This document shows positions 61,741-64,000 of a stretch of DNA of 64,000 nucleotides, in pieces. Origin of the DNA: Amia ocellicauda (taxonomy: Eukaryota); contig NC_089863.1 of the NCBI RefSeq assembly GCF_036373705.1, forward strand, positions 18,851,406 to 18,915,405, written 5' to 3'. The notes beneath the pieces are model-generated. The model worked only from the letters and a program-made list of their open reading frames with translations, did no database searches and was not told where the DNA came from. The translations under genes were made by a program, and so were the position numbers. Within the stretch, counting starts at the first letter, position 1, and each line of letters begins with the position of its first letter.

Positions 61741-63569
61741 CCTGCAGAAGCCGTCCAGCAGGGCGACGGGGGCCGCTGTGAATAAGGCCAAGAGCGAGGT
61801 CTACCTCTCCAGGGCATGGCCTGTCGGCCGGGGCCCGCCGACCGTGTTCCCTGTGAAGCCGTTTATCAAGGTTCTGGGGATCACGATCGACGGGACCAAC
61901 ACGGGCACCCGGAGCTGGGAGGAGGCCATAGCAAAGGTCCAAAGGAAGATCCACGGCTGGAGCACAAGGACCTTGACGATGGCTGGTAAGGTGCTGGTCG
62001 TAAAGGCCATCCTCTTCCCGATACTCCTCTACGTAGGAATGATCTTCCCCCCAGACAAGGGTATCGCAAAACTAGTGACCCGAATTATATTTCGGTTTGT
62101 CTGGGGGAGCAAAATGGAGAGGCTGAAAAGAGTGCAGATGGTGAAGGGTACCCTGGATGGAGGCAGGGGGGTCCCGGACGTTGTGCGGCTGATAAAGGCG
62201 CAGGGGCTGGCCTATGTGGTTAAGAACATCCAGGCTGCTGGCAAGAAAGTGAGTTTCATGAACCGCTTTTATTTTGCCAGCAGCCTGAGACCATTCGGCC
62301 TCTGCGCCATGGACAACACCAGGCCGCACTCGTGGGATCCCCCGCCGTTCTACAGGGCGCTCCGAGCCTTTGCGCTCGAAGTAGGCCTCCATAAAGTCGT
62401 GCTGGCCTCCTGGGATTATAAGACCATCTGTAGTCAGATGAGATCTGCCCAGGAGACCAGCCGGATAGAAGATTTCCCTCCCGAAACCTGCCGGTTTATC
62501 TGGGCTAACGCTACGCACGTTTGCCTCACGAACACGCAGAAAGATGTCTCCTGGATGGCTGTGAGTCGGTGTCTCCCCACCCGAGTGTTCATGCACAGAA
62601 GGGGCATAGCTCCTTATGACACCTGCCCCTATAAGGGTTGCTTGGGGAAGGAGACGGAGGCTCACATCTTTAGTGAGTGCCCCTCCGCCCACAGGGTCTG
62701 GCTCCTGTTTTCTCCGTTCCTCCACAGGTTCGCCGTTCCTGCGCGGGCGACCGCCCAGCAGATCCTATATGGTCCAGCCAAGGGAATTTCTACATCTACC
62801 TTGAGGTGCTGGTGGCGTGTCGTCTGCGCAGTGAAGCAGGCACTGTGGGAGGGACGGAACATCTGTTTGTTTAATAAGCAGGAGCTGGACCCGATCGTCA
62901 TCGCGCGGAGGGGCATGGTGTTTGTAAAAGACTACGTCAATCTGGAGGTCCATCAGAGGGGCAAGGAGGAAGCCTTTAAGAACTGGCGCATACAAGATCT
63001 GGGGGAGCTCAGGATCCCATGATGGGACCCACCTCCGGGGACGGTTAGTTCCCCCTGCTGGAGCCCGAGTCCAAGATCTTTTAAAGATCTTTTAAAGATT
63101 TTAAGAATGATTGTTTTTAAAAGAAGATTTTAAATAATGAATCTTAATTGTTTTTAAAGATTTAGTTGTTTTTAAATCACAATTGTTTAGGGTTTTTGGT
63201 AGAGTTTTGTTATATTTTGTTGTCAGATACATTGACCGTTTTGGGTTTAATTTAAAATGCATTGGACCTTTTTTGTTTGTTTTTTATTTTTTCCTTTTTA
63301 ATTGTTTTTTTAATTTGTTCAATGCATTTTCAGTTATTTTCAATGTATCTGACTCTTTTGTTGGTGTGCAATTTTTTGCTTTTATCATGTTTTCTTTATT
63401 TGATTTGAGCACGTTTATTTTAAAGTTTATTGTTTTAGTTTGGTTAAAAATCACAAGATTTTAAAAATTTTAAGTGATTTTAAGGATTAATATGTCAATG
63501 TTTTTAATCACAAGTATTAAAAATTGAATTGTTTTTATTGATGAAAAGAAAATACTTAAACCAATAAAC
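61741..63569 (+). mobile_element. 5'-truncated non-LTR retrotransposon (LINE, L1/Tx1-like), flanked by a 17-bp target-site duplication agtataattgtatacgc (61724-61740 and 63570-63586)
   Basis: The ORF2 C-terminal remnant is followed by an AT-rich tail of (g)tttttaaa(g)at repeats at 63023-63569. The TSD is perfect. Confidence 0.75.
61778..63022 (+). pseudogene. LINE ORF2 C-terminal fragment (RT thumb plus Cys-rich CX3CX9HX4C motif: CPYKGCLGKETEAHIFSECPSAH)
   Basis: The 414-aa ORF lacks the N-terminal endonuclease and RT fingers/palm, so it cannot be autonomous. Confidence 0.7.
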
Positions 63570-64000
63570 AGTATAATTGTATACGCAACTTATCTTATTA
63601 AGCAACCAACTTTTGATCAGTTACACAATTTTAAAAGTCAAATGTAAGCAAATTATTAAATTAAGAGTTCAATTAAGTAATTGAGAGCTCGGTTGGAACA
63701 AAACTCAGCAGGGTAGGGGGTCCCCCAGGACCAGGGCTGGGAAGCACTGTTCTATACTATATCACACGGCACTATACTGTACTGCACTGCACTACATTAT
63801 ACTATACTGCCCTATTGTATTTTGATGGAGGCCGCTGTCTATGTTAAGTTGTGCTGTGGGTGCTTGGCATAACTGTGAGTTGTGTTGTGCTGTGATGTGG
63901 TACAGCACACAACCCCTGGAAGTACAGTGTAGTACAGTGAGAGGGTGTCAGGGCTGTGCAGTATTGCTTTGTATTATGTAAATGTGAATTTAATGTTTGA

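Larger units (their letters stand above)
61609..63740. mobile_element. MITE-like element (about 286 bp before the insertion, about 60-bp imperfect TIRs) carrying a nested LINE insertion
   Basis: Left TIR ggggttccctggaggagcccctagcctgctggttgttgttccaaccgagctctcaattac (61609-61668). Right TIR is its reverse complement gtaattgagagctcggttggaac... (63677-63740). Both flanks lie in (TATAC/TGTAC)-type microsatellite. Confidence 0.55.

Overview
This is vertebrate nuclear DNA, most likely from a ray-finned fish, and not prokaryotic. It shows spliced multi-exon genes with GT-AG introns, CpG islands, abundant (CT)n, (CA)n and (ACTG)n microsatellites, Tc1-like DNA transposons, a LINE fragment and SINE-like repeats. 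By hand translation and splice-site reading, I find the window carries an orthologue block of human 16p11.2. The gene order is: nlk first coding exon (-, 45-358); an unassigned Pro/Ser-rich exon (-, 3946-4798); an unassigned 5' exon with a paired-CRE promoter (-, 12818-12949); hirip3 (-, 8 coding exons, 13716-19342); kctd13 (-, 6 exons, 21478-23653); sez6l2 (-, 17 exons, 26944-35870); asphd1 (+, 5 exons, 41016-43531, head-to-head with sez6l2); and a CaBP1-type calcium-binding protein gene (+, 6 exons, 53720-55905). All exon coordinates were derived by hand and may be off by 1-3 nt. Most of the long ORFs in the six-frame track are artefacts of CT/GA-rich low-complexity DNA, microsatellites or the antisense strand of real exons. 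The main observations for follow-up are: a near-perfect 78-bp coding minisatellite inside hirip3 that multiplies CK2-type acidic Ser motifs; a 1.1-kb array dense in TTCnnGAA (heat-shock-element-like) palindromes; two perfect palindromic CREs about 200 bp upstream of an unassigned exon; retention of an nlk copy inside the 16p11.2-type paralogon; the kctd13-hirip3 block lying on the opposite side of sez6l2-asphd1 compared with human, with tmem219 and taok2 absent between kctd13 and hirip3; a 5'-truncated LINE nested in a MITE with a 17-bp target-site duplication; a 1.2-kb satellite array that has arisen inside a Tc1-like element; and a CpG island carrying five inverted CCAAT boxes.
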